Shown in pieces: positions 8,231-15,235 of a DNA stretch of 16,288 nt. Below the pieces are notes generated by a model. That model had not been told where the DNA came from, searched no databases, and saw only the letters and a program-made list of their open reading frames with translations. Position 1 is the stretch's first letter. Each line of letters opens with the position of its first letter. This stretch comes from Candidatus Methylomirabilia bacterium (lineage in GTDB: Bacteria > Methylomirabilota > Methylomirabilia > Rokubacteriales > CSP1-6), in contig JBGQHJ010000113.1 of the NCBI GenBank assembly GCA_041497895.1, positions 1-16,288 on the forward strand. The letters run 5' to 3'. The translations under genes were made by a program, and so were the position numbers.

Positions 8231-8268
8231 CGGGGGCGCCCGACGGCGGCGCTCGACGATCGACGCGG

Positions 8269-9057
8269 CTAGACGATGTGGGCCTGCCGGACCGCGGTCA
8301 GCAGCTCCGCGTCCGAGCAGGGCGTGGGCAGCCAGAGCTCCCCGGGGCCGGCCGGGCTCGGCGCGGTGCGGCTCGACACGAGGAGGAGCTTGGCCGAGGG
8401 CAGCAGCGGCCCGAGCCGGCGCGTGAGGGGCTCGCCGTTCATCAGCTTGAGCTCGGCCGCGACGAGCGCCAGCGTGATCACGCTCGCGTGCTGCTCGGCC
8501 ATCCGGAGGGCGAGAAGCGGCTGCGGGCCCGCGTCGAGCACGGTATAGCGCTCGCGCTCGAGCCCGGCCAGGGCCAGGCCCCGGAGACCGGTGTCGGCCG
8601 TGGCCAGCAACACGGTCCCCACCGCGTTCCGCTGGGCCGGGACCGCGGCCGGAGCGGGCGGCGGAGGCGCGGGCACGGCCACGCGGCGGGGCGGCGGAGT
8701 CGGGCGCGAGGGAGCGGAGCGCGGCGGCGACGCGACGCGGGGCGCGACCGCGGCCAGGAACTCCGCCTCCTGCGTGCCCACGAACATGCACGCCAGCCCG
8801 TCCGCATCGACCCGCCACACCAGCGCGCGGGTCGCGACGGCGCGCTTACCGGGCGGTCGGAAGGACAGGTTGACCTCGGCGCCGAGCGCCGGCCGCTCCT
8901 TGAGGAGGATCTTCGCGCCGGAGGCGCTGACGTCGCGCGTGAGGCCCTGGAAGTTCTTGCTCCCGGCCGCGACCGTCACGAGCCACGACACGCGCTGGCG
9001 CGGGCAGCGACGCTGCTCCTGATCGGAATCGAATGTCTTGTTCGCCGTGGGTCGCAT
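8269..9057 (-). CDS. PilZ-domain protein with a Pro-rich linker and a degenerate (pseudo-)receiver domain
   Basis: RRCPR and DVSASG match the PilZ c-di-GMP motifs RxxxR and D/NxSxxG. The C-terminal part follows a REC pattern but lacks the acidic and Lys residues. Confidence 0.78.
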   Translation of the reverse strand: MRPTANKTFDSDQEQRRCPRQRVSWLVTVAAGSKNFQGLTRDVSASGAKILLKERPALGAEVNLSFRPPGKRAVATRALVWRVDADGLACMFVGTQEAEFLAAVAPRVASPPRSAPSRPTPPPRRVAVPAPPPPAPAAVPAQRNAVGTVLLATADTGLRGLALAGLERERYTVLDAGPQPLLALRMAEQHASVITLALVAAELKLMNGEPLTRRLGPLLPSAKLLLVSSRTAPSPAGPGELWLPTPCSDAELLTAVRQAHIV

Positions 9058-9248
9058 CGTACCGGGTGAAGGCCTCGCCCGAGGGGTCGCAAGAATCGGG
9101 CCACGCCCGACCGACGCGGATCGTCCACGAAGCGAGCGATTCGAGCAGACGCGGGCCCGGCCACGTCAGGAGCGTGTCACGGACAGTCTCCGGGCTGACG
9201 GTCTCCCACCCTCGGCGCGCGATGCGTCGCTGCCGCGGCGCGGCGCGC

Positions 9249-10019
9249 TCAGAACCCGATCGACACGCCGGTCGTCATGAAGAGGTCCGACCGCCGACGG
9301 GGCCCGGCGAAGTCGGTGCCGACGCCCACGTCCCAGACGAGCCGCGGAGTCAGCTGGTAGCGCAGGCCGATCTCGGCGCCGACGATCGGAGCCTCGCCCC
9401 GCCGTGCGGCCTGCTCGGCGAAGACGTCACCGACCAGGAGGAGACGGGTGAGCCACGGGGCGCCGAGTGGATAGCTCGCGCCGAGGCCGAGCTTGTAGAC
9501 GCCGTCGCGCTCGTCGCGGCGCGTCGAGGTCACGAGCTGGTAGCCCGCGTTCAGGTGGACGGCAAGACGGTGTATCGACTTCGTGACGATCCCCTTCACC
9601 TCGATACCCACGCCCTGGCTCCCGGCGCCGGTCGGCGTCTCGAGATCGAGGCGGAGCGCGAGCGCCGGCACCACGAGCGTCTCCTGGTTGAAGTTGTACA
9701 GCGCGCTCAGCTGCAGGTCCCCGGACCTGGGCCGGCCGTCGGTCTCCCGCGGGCTCGTGTCGAGCGTCGTCCCGACCGCCAGCTGAAGGTTCGGGTAGGC
9801 GCCGTACAGCGCTTCCACCGGGAACACTCCCCGGTCCGAGCCCTTCCGCTCGAGCGTGAAACCGGCCGCGGCCTCGAGGGCGATCTCGCCATCCGCGATG
9901 GCATAGGCGTCCTCCACCCGCACCGGGCGGCCCGCGTCGAGATTCTTGTGGTCGATGGCCTGCGCCCGGCCGACGGCCAGGGCGAGGAACAGCACGGCCA
10001 CGAGCGCGCGGGCGATCAT
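9249..10019 (-). CDS. Outer-membrane beta-barrel protein (MetA-pathway/'transporter'-like)
   Basis: Signal peptide ending AQA, alternating amphipathic beta-strands (HLNAGY, GLRYQL) and a C-terminal Phe (GVSIGF). ATGA overlap with the upstream gene. Confidence 0.75.
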   Translation of the reverse strand: MIARALVAVLFLALAVGRAQAIDHKNLDAGRPVRVEDAYAIADGEIALEAAAGFTLERKGSDRGVFPVEALYGAYPNLQLAVGTTLDTSPRETDGRPRSGDLQLSALYNFNQETLVVPALALRLDLETPTGAGSQGVGIEVKGIVTKSIHRLAVHLNAGYQLVTSTRRDERDGVYKLGLGASYPLGAPWLTRLLLVGDVFAEQAARRGEAPIVGAEIGLRYQLTPRLVWDVGVGTDFAGPRRRSDLFMTTGVSIGF

Positions 10020-11512
10020 CGCAGCACGTCACGCGCCGACGGCGGCCGCGGGCCCATGTCGGTCATGACCATGCCGGGGTGCTCGTGGAAGTCCGGGTAG
10101 AGGTCGCTCACGCCGTGGTTGCGATGCAAGTAGATCGGCAGGATCCTCAAGATGGCGGCGCGGCGCGCTTCCAGCGTCGGATAGAGATCCGGGCGCGCGA
10201 GGACGTCGTCGAAGTTGTCGTGGAGCATGTGCAGGTTGTCGAAGATCGCGGCCGCCTCCGGGAATCGCCGCGCGAACTCGGGAGCCGCCTCCGGCATCAT
10301 GGGCATGTACTGCCACTGCTCCGGCGGCCGGCGCAGGTAGCCGTGATAGAAGTCGATCACCTTCGGCAGCAGCTCCCGCTGCGTGTCCAGGCCGCCCGCG
10401 AGCTGCACGTCGTAGACCGCGGCCTGCAGCCAGTGATAGGCCCAGATCTGGGTGTTGAACGTCCGGAACCGGTCGCGGAACGATCGCGACTCGGGAAAGC
10501 TCCAGAGGGCATCGTGATGGTCGAGCCGGTGCGGCGTGATCGCCTCCGGCTTCTCCAGGTAGTCGGCGAGGAGCTTCCGGTACGCCGCCTCCTTGTCGGT
10601 CACCGAGTCGCGGGCGAACAGGTCGTAGAGGCTCCGGTGGAACAGGTGGGCCCAGTCGAAGGCCCGCGCGACCTCCCAGGCCATCCGGGTGAAGGTCGGC
10701 GCGATCTGCTCCTCGTCCGGCGGCACCGGGGGCGAGCTCCAGATGAAAGCCAGGACCTCCTGGCGCGCCTGCTCGACCGCGCGGGGCTCCTGCGTGCGCA
10801 GGAGCGTCTCCGCGAGGTGCGCGTGGCCGAAGTCGATCCCGTTGAACTCGCGATAGAGCTGCGGCAGCTCGCGCATGACCGTCCACCTCCACGGGCCGCG
10901 GGGCTGCCCGCGATGGTCGCGTTGCACCCACCCGCTGGTGAACGCGACACCGCGGGGCTCGGGATGCGGCCGCGGGCCCCCGCCCAGCTCGGGGTGCTCG
11001 GCGGCGGCGTGCGGGCCGGCGTGGCCGGACTGGGCGTGCTGGAAGGCGATCACCGCCCACCGATCCTCCACCGAGAGCGCGTCCTTGTAGGCCGGCATGA
11101 CCGAGCCCTTCGAGCCGTACGGCTCGACCAGCCCGCCCTCGCTGACCCGCCAGAACCAGTAGGTCGCGCTCATGCGCGCGACCATCGGGCGATCCTGGAA
11201 CGAGCCGGCCTTGAGCCCGGACCACGAGGCGTCGGGGGCGTCGCCCCCGCCACTCGCGCCGTGACAGGAGGCGCAGCGAGTCGCGTGGATCGCCTCGCCC
11301 CGCCGGAGCACCGCGGAGTCGGTCCAGATGTGGGGCGGAGCCTCGACCGTGGCATAGCCCGATGGGACGGTGGCGTGGATGTGCTCGCCGTCCGCTCCCG
11401 GCGCGGCCGGGTGCTCGTCGTGAGCCGCGACCGGCGAGCCGGCGGCGAGCCACGCGGCCGCCATGCCCGCCACCAGCGTGCGGCCGAGCCTTCCTCGAAT
11501 GATGACGCGCAT
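10016..11512 (-). CDS. Exported c-type cytochrome fused to an uncharacterised His-rich helical domain
   Basis: Signal peptide, CASCH heme motif with distal Met (SVMPAY), then FGHAH, WAHLFH, LDHH, YHWLQ and DNLHMLHD motifs and a Met-rich YMPMMP. GGGAGGAG RBS. Confidence 0.8.
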   Translation of the reverse strand: MRVIIRGRLGRTLVAGMAAAWLAAGSPVAAHDEHPAAPGADGEHIHATVPSGYATVEAPPHIWTDSAVLRRGEAIHATRCASCHGASGGGDAPDASWSGLKAGSFQDRPMVARMSATYWFWRVSEGGLVEPYGSKGSVMPAYKDALSVEDRWAVIAFQHAQSGHAGPHAAAEHPELGGGPRPHPEPRGVAFTSGWVQRDHRGQPRGPWRWTVMRELPQLYREFNGIDFGHAHLAETLLRTQEPRAVEQARQEVLAFIWSSPPVPPDEEQIAPTFTRMAWEVARAFDWAHLFHRSLYDLFARDSVTDKEAAYRKLLADYLEKPEAITPHRLDHHDALWSFPESRSFRDRFRTFNTQIWAYHWLQAAVYDVQLAGGLDTQRELLPKVIDFYHGYLRRPPEQWQYMPMMPEAAPEFARRFPEAAAIFDNLHMLHDNFDDVLARPDLYPTLEARRAAILRILPIYLHRNHGVSDLYPDFHEHPGMVMTDMGPRPPSARDVLR

Positions 11513-11610
11513 CGTACGACTCCTCCCTGGCCTCGGTGAAAACGAGATCTTGCCCGGGCCGGAGACGCACTCCGACCCGCGGACGAGCAGACTCGCGGAG
11601 AAGAGGACGA

Positions 11611-11967
11611 CTAGATCAGCAGCGCGGCGTGGAGCAGGAAGAGCGGTGCGCTCGTCGCGGCGGCCCTCGGGACGTCACTGCACCCGATCCACCGACGGCA
11701 CGGCGCGACGACGTCGGCGACCACGATCACGGCCGAGGGCGCGACGGTCGGGCTGCCGACCCACGACGAGCGAAGCGCCTCGCACGAGGCCCCGTGGGCG
11801 CCGTCCGCCTCGCCTCCGTCGTGGGAGTGGCCCGCGTCGGCGGGCATCGCCGCCGGCTCCGCATGGCCGTGCGTCGGCAGGACGCACCCGTGGCCGGTCA
11901 ACAACAGGAGCGAGAGGATCAGGAGGATCCAGCGAGCTCCTCCCGACCGGCGCGCGCCCAACCTCAT
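11611..11967 (-). CDS. Small His/Cys-rich protein with a signal/TM segment, DUF2946-like leader architecture
   Basis: ILLILSLLLL-GHGC…HGH…GHSHD…HGASCEA…PLFLLHAALLI*. ATG 11967 lies 7 nt after a TAGAGT -10 hexamer. Confidence 0.65.
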   Translation of the reverse strand: MRLGARRSGGARWILLILSLLLLTGHGCVLPTHGHAEPAAMPADAGHSHDGGEADGAHGASCEALRSSWVGSPTVAPSAVIVVADVVAPCRRWIGCSDVPRAAATSAPLFLLHAALLI

Positions 11968-11997
11968 GCCAGGCACTCTACACGGCCGGCCGGGCGC

Positions 11998-12921
11998 CTA
12001 CAAGGACGGGGCGGCATCGGCGGCCCGATCGGCACCGGGAAGCAAGTCGAGCCGCCTCGCGACGCCGAGGATCGACTCGGCCCGCTTGATGAACGGGATG
12101 TCGATCATCCGGCCGTCCACCAGGAAGGCACCCACCCCTCGGCTCTCGGCGCCCCGCGCGGCCTCGACCACGCGGCGGGCCGCCGCGATCTCGGCGTCGG
12201 TCGGCCGGAACACCGCGTTCGCGAGCGGGACCTGGCTCGGATGGATGCAGGACTTGCCGAGGTAGCCGAGGCGGCGCGCGGCGGCCGCCTCCCGGGTGTA
12301 GCCGTCGGGATCGCTCACCGTCCCGTACACGGTGTCGCAGGCCCAGAGCCCGGCCTCGGCCGCGGCCAGGCGCACCGCGAGCTGCATGGCGTGCACGGCC
12401 TGCGCGTCCATCCGGTCGATCCCGAACGGCTCGAACAGATCGCCGAGCCCGAGCTGCAGCCCGACGACCCGTGGATGGGCGCTCGCGATCTCGGCGGCCA
12501 GCCGCAGCCCGCGGGGCGACTCGATGTTCGCCAGGATCCCGATCGGGTGGCCGATCCCGCGATCGCGCTCGTGCCGAGCCAGCGAGGCCGCGGCGGCGCG
12601 GACGTCGTCCGCCGACTCGGGCTTGGGCAGGTTGATCATGTCCACCACGGGACCAACCACCGCGGCGAGGTCGGCGTCGAAGTGCGGCGTGGTCAACCCG
12701 TTCACCCGGACGATGACCGCCTTGCCGCCGGGCCGCGGCGACGACTGCTGGAGGAAGGCCTGCAAGATCTGGCGCGCCTCGACCTTCCGGCTCTCCTGGA
12801 CCGCGTCCTCCAGATCGAAGGAGATCGCGTCCGCCGGGCCCGCGAGCGCCTTGGCGAAGAGCTCGGGGCGCGAGGCGGGCACGAACAGCTTGCTGCGCAT
12901 GAGCACATCCGTCCCGCTCAT
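11998..12921 (-). CDS. CoA ester lyase (CitE / HpcH-HpaI family)
   Basis: MRSKLFVP, FDLEDAV, IVRVN, LPKPES, IESPRG, GKSCIHPSQV and DGRMIDIP motifs. ATG 12921 overlaps the upstream TGA (ATGA). Confidence 0.92.
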   Translation of the reverse strand: MSGTDVLMRSKLFVPASRPELFAKALAGPADAISFDLEDAVQESRKVEARQILQAFLQQSSPRPGGKAVIVRVNGLTTPHFDADLAAVVGPVVDMINLPKPESADDVRAAAASLARHERDRGIGHPIGILANIESPRGLRLAAEIASAHPRVVGLQLGLGDLFEPFGIDRMDAQAVHAMQLAVRLAAAEAGLWACDTVYGTVSDPDGYTREAAAARRLGYLGKSCIHPSQVPLANAVFRPTDAEIAAARRVVEAARGAESRGVGAFLVDGRMIDIPFIKRAESILGVARRLDLLPGADRAADAAPSL

Positions 12922-14144
12922 GCCCGCTCCTCCTTCGTCGGCCCGATCACCGCGCCGACGTCGTGCAGCCGCTCGATCTCCTCGCGGGAGTAGCCGAGCG
13001 CGGTCAGGATCTCGCGCGCGTGCTCCCCCAGCGCGGGCGCGGTGAACGGAGCGGGCGCCGACCCACCGCCGAGGTGGACGGGATGCGCCATCCCGCGGTA
13101 GCGGCCCACCCGGCGATGCTCGAAGGTCGCCAGAATGCCCTCCGCGGCCACCTGCGGGTGGTCGAACATGTCCTCGACCGGGCGGGCCGCCGCGCACGGG
13201 ACACGCTCGCCGAGCCGTGCTTCCCACTCGAGCGCGGTGTGGGCCTGCAGGGCCGCGCGCAGGCGGGGCACGAGTAGGCCGGCGTGCTCGGCCCGCTTCC
13301 GCACGGTGTCGAAGCGCGGGTCGCTCGCCAGCTCCGGCAGGCCGGTCAGCTCGCAAAGCGCCTTCCAGAAGTGCGAGGTGTTGGCCGAGACGTAGAGGCT
13401 CCCGCTCCTGGTGGGGTGCAGCCCGGTGATCCCTCCCGAGCGCATGTCGCGGGCCACGTCGCGCCCCTCGCCCTCGGCCCACACCAGCCGCGTGGCCTGC
13501 ATCGTCAGCGCGCTGCGGAGGAGCGACACTCCGACGTAGCGGCCCACACCGGAGCGGCTCCGCTCGAAGAGGGCCGCCGACACCGCGAACGCCAGCATCG
13601 AGGCGCAGTAGAAGTCGACCGCGGACCCGTACACGATCTCGGGATCGCCGGGCTTCCCCTGTTCCACGCAGATCCCGGTCATGGTCTGGAGGACCTGGTC
13701 GTACCCGGCGCGATCCCGGAGCGGCCCGGTGTCCCCGTACCCGGTCAGCGCACAGTAGATCAGGCGCGGGTTGACCGCCTTCATCCGATCGTAGTCGATG
13801 CCGAGCCGCGCGGGCACCGAGGGCCGGAAGTTGTGCACCAGGACGTCCGCACGCTCCACCAGCCGTCGCAGCACGCCGAGCCCGTCGGGATGCTTCAGGT
13901 CGAGCCCGATGCCGTGCTTGTTGCGGTTGACCCCGAGGAACGCGCGGCTCTCGTCCGCCAGCGTCGAGGGATAGTTGCGGAGGTTGTCGCCCTCGGGCGG
14001 CTCGATCTTGACGACCTGGGCGCCGAGATCGCCCAGCAGGGCGCAGCCGTACGGGCCCGCCACGTAGCCGCTCAGGTCGAGCACGGTGACGCCGCTCAAC
14101 GGTCCCTGGCCCTCACGGGCGCCGAACGGAGGAGACGCGGCCAT
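12918..14144 (-). CDS. CaiB/BaiF family III CoA transferase
   Basis: GPLSGVTVLDL, LGDLGAQVVKIEPPEGD, NRNK, ADVLVHNFRP, GYDQVLQ and APALGEH motifs. Confidence 0.93.
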   Translation of the reverse strand: MAASPPFGAREGQGPLSGVTVLDLSGYVAGPYGCALLGDLGAQVVKIEPPEGDNLRNYPSTLADESRAFLGVNRNKHGIGLDLKHPDGLGVLRRLVERADVLVHNFRPSVPARLGIDYDRMKAVNPRLIYCALTGYGDTGPLRDRAGYDQVLQTMTGICVEQGKPGDPEIVYGSAVDFYCASMLAFAVSAALFERSRSGVGRYVGVSLLRSALTMQATRLVWAEGEGRDVARDMRSGGITGLHPTRSGSLYVSANTSHFWKALCELTGLPELASDPRFDTVRKRAEHAGLLVPRLRAALQAHTALEWEARLGERVPCAAARPVEDMFDHPQVAAEGILATFEHRRVGRYRGMAHPVHLGGGSAPAPFTAPALGEHAREILTALGYSREEIERLHDVGAVIGPTKEERA

Positions 14145-14171
14145 GCGCGGTATGTTACCGCATGATATGGT
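14145..14171. promoter_or_regulatory. Compact divergent promoter region with inverted repeat GCGGTA-TGT-TACCGC
   Basis: Minus-strand TAACAT (14152-14157) lies 7 nt before the caiB ATG. Plus-strand TG-a-TATGGT (14163-14171) lies before the DUF411 ATG. The palindrome spans 14147-14161. Confidence 0.5.
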
Positions 14172-14181
14172 GGCGGCAGCG

Positions 14182-14646
14182 ATGACGACCTACTCGATCG
14201 CGCGCCGGGCATTCCTCGGGGCCGGCCTCGCCGCCGGCCTGGCGCTCCTGCTGCGCGCGCCCGCCCTGGCCCGGACCGCCGTGACCGTGTACAAGGACCC
14301 CACCTGAGGATGCTGCCAGGCGTGGGTGGGCCACCTGCGCGCGAGCGACTTCGAGGTCCGGGTAGAGAACGTCGGCGACCTCGCCCCGATCAGGCGACGC
14401 CTCCAGGTCCCGGACGCGCTCCAGGGCTGCCACACCGCGGTGGTGGGCGACTACGTCGTCGAGGGTCACGTGCCCGCCGATCTCATCCAGCGGCTGCTCC
14501 GCGAGCGTCCCACGGTCCTCGGTCTCGCGGTCCCCGGCATGCCGGCCGGCGCGCCGGGTATGGAGGCGCCGGGGGGCGCCCGCGAGCGCTACGACATCCT
14601 GACCTTCGATCGGAACGGGCGCACCACCGTGTTCGCCCGCCGCTGA
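14182..14646 (+). CDS. DUF411/CopG-family periplasmic metal-binding protein with an in-frame TGA, candidate selenoprotein (154 aa)
   Basis: ORF-track pieces 14086-14307 and 14326-14646 share one frame. Read-through gives MTTYSIARRAFLGAG…VTVYKDPT-U-GCCQAWVGHL…GCHTAVVGDYVVEGHVPA…GLAVPGMPAGAPGME, all hallmark DUF411 motifs, with a Tat signal (RRAFL). Confidence 0.85.
14320..14340 (+). promoter_or_regulatory. Putative bacterial SECIS element
   Basis: GCGUGGGUG-GGC-CACCUGCGC forms a 9-bp stem (two G-U pairs) with a G-starting apical loop. It begins 12 nt after the UGA, and the loop lies 21 nt from the UGA. Confidence 0.55.
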
Positions 14647-14735
14647 GGCGCGGGCCTAGCGCGGCCCGTGATCGGCTCGGCCGAGAGCCGCGCCGAGGTC
14701 CCGATCGGCACGATCTGGTCGTCGTCGCCGTGGCG

Positions 14736-15071
14736 TCAAGCGGAAGCGGGCACGATGGTCAGCGTGCGCGACCGGATATGCGGCGCGAACTCGTACCAGC
14801 CGCGCATCGCCTGGAACTCGGGCGTGGCGGTGACGGCGGGGCTGTCGAGCTCGTAGACGGTCGTGTAGATCCGTCTCGCGGTCTTCTCGGTCTTCCCTAA
14901 GATGGTCTCCGATATGTCCCCCGAGGACACGTAGCGGCGGCCCCGGAGGACGCCCGGGCACCGGAGCGCGTCCGGTAGGTGGACGGTGTCGTACCAGCGA
15001 TTCCAGTCGGCTTCCACCGCCGGGTCGACCTCGGCGGTGACGATCAGCAGGCAGCCCGGCAAGTCGGCCAT
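14736..15071 (-). CDS. EthD/DUF4286-like dimeric alpha+beta barrel protein
   Basis: EADWNRWYDTVHLPD…PGVLRGRRY…YTTVYEL pattern. GGAGG RBS, and a TATAGT -10 at 15111-15116 on the minus strand. Confidence 0.72.
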   Translation of the reverse strand: MADLPGCLLIVTAEVDPAVEADWNRWYDTVHLPDALRCPGVLRGRRYVSSGDISETILGKTEKTARRIYTTVYELDSPAVTATPEFQAMRGWYEFAPHIRSRTLTIVPASA

Positions 15072-15235
15072 GGTGACCTCCGCGCGGAGTGGGAGCGTCG
15101 ATGCGCCTCGACTATAGCGCGGCCGGGGGACGAGCTGCGCAAGGGGTCAGATCGAGGCGGGCCGGCGTGTCGATGGCCACCCGGCTGGACGCAGCGCCCC
15201 GATCTGCGGTAGCGTGCCGCGTGGAGGACGACCCG

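Noticed and set aside
8231..8268. GC hairpin between the convergent TPR and PilZ genes as an intrinsic terminator
   Set aside because: The stem is imperfect, has no U-tract on either strand and is likely by chance at this GC content.
8630..8750. Pro/Ala-rich repetitive stretch as a tandem repeat
   Set aside because: It has no regular nucleotide period and is the interdomain linker of the PilZ protein.
10029..12993. Long alternative ORFs (10029-11570 minus, 10079-11539 plus, 11536-12993 plus)
   Set aside because: They overlap well-supported genes in other frames and have low-complexity composition.
12922..13482. N-terminal extension of the CitE-like ORF (494-aa version) suggesting a fusion
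   Set aside because: The extension lies out of frame inside the CoA transferase. The real start is the ATGA-coupled ATG at 12921 with a GGAGGAG RBS.
14086..14646. Treating 14086-14307 and 14326-14646 as two genes or as a plain pseudogene
   Set aside because: They share one frame, the only lesion is a TGA exactly at a conserved Cys, and a SECIS-like hairpin follows. Recoding is the better explanation, although a nonsense mutation is not formally excluded.
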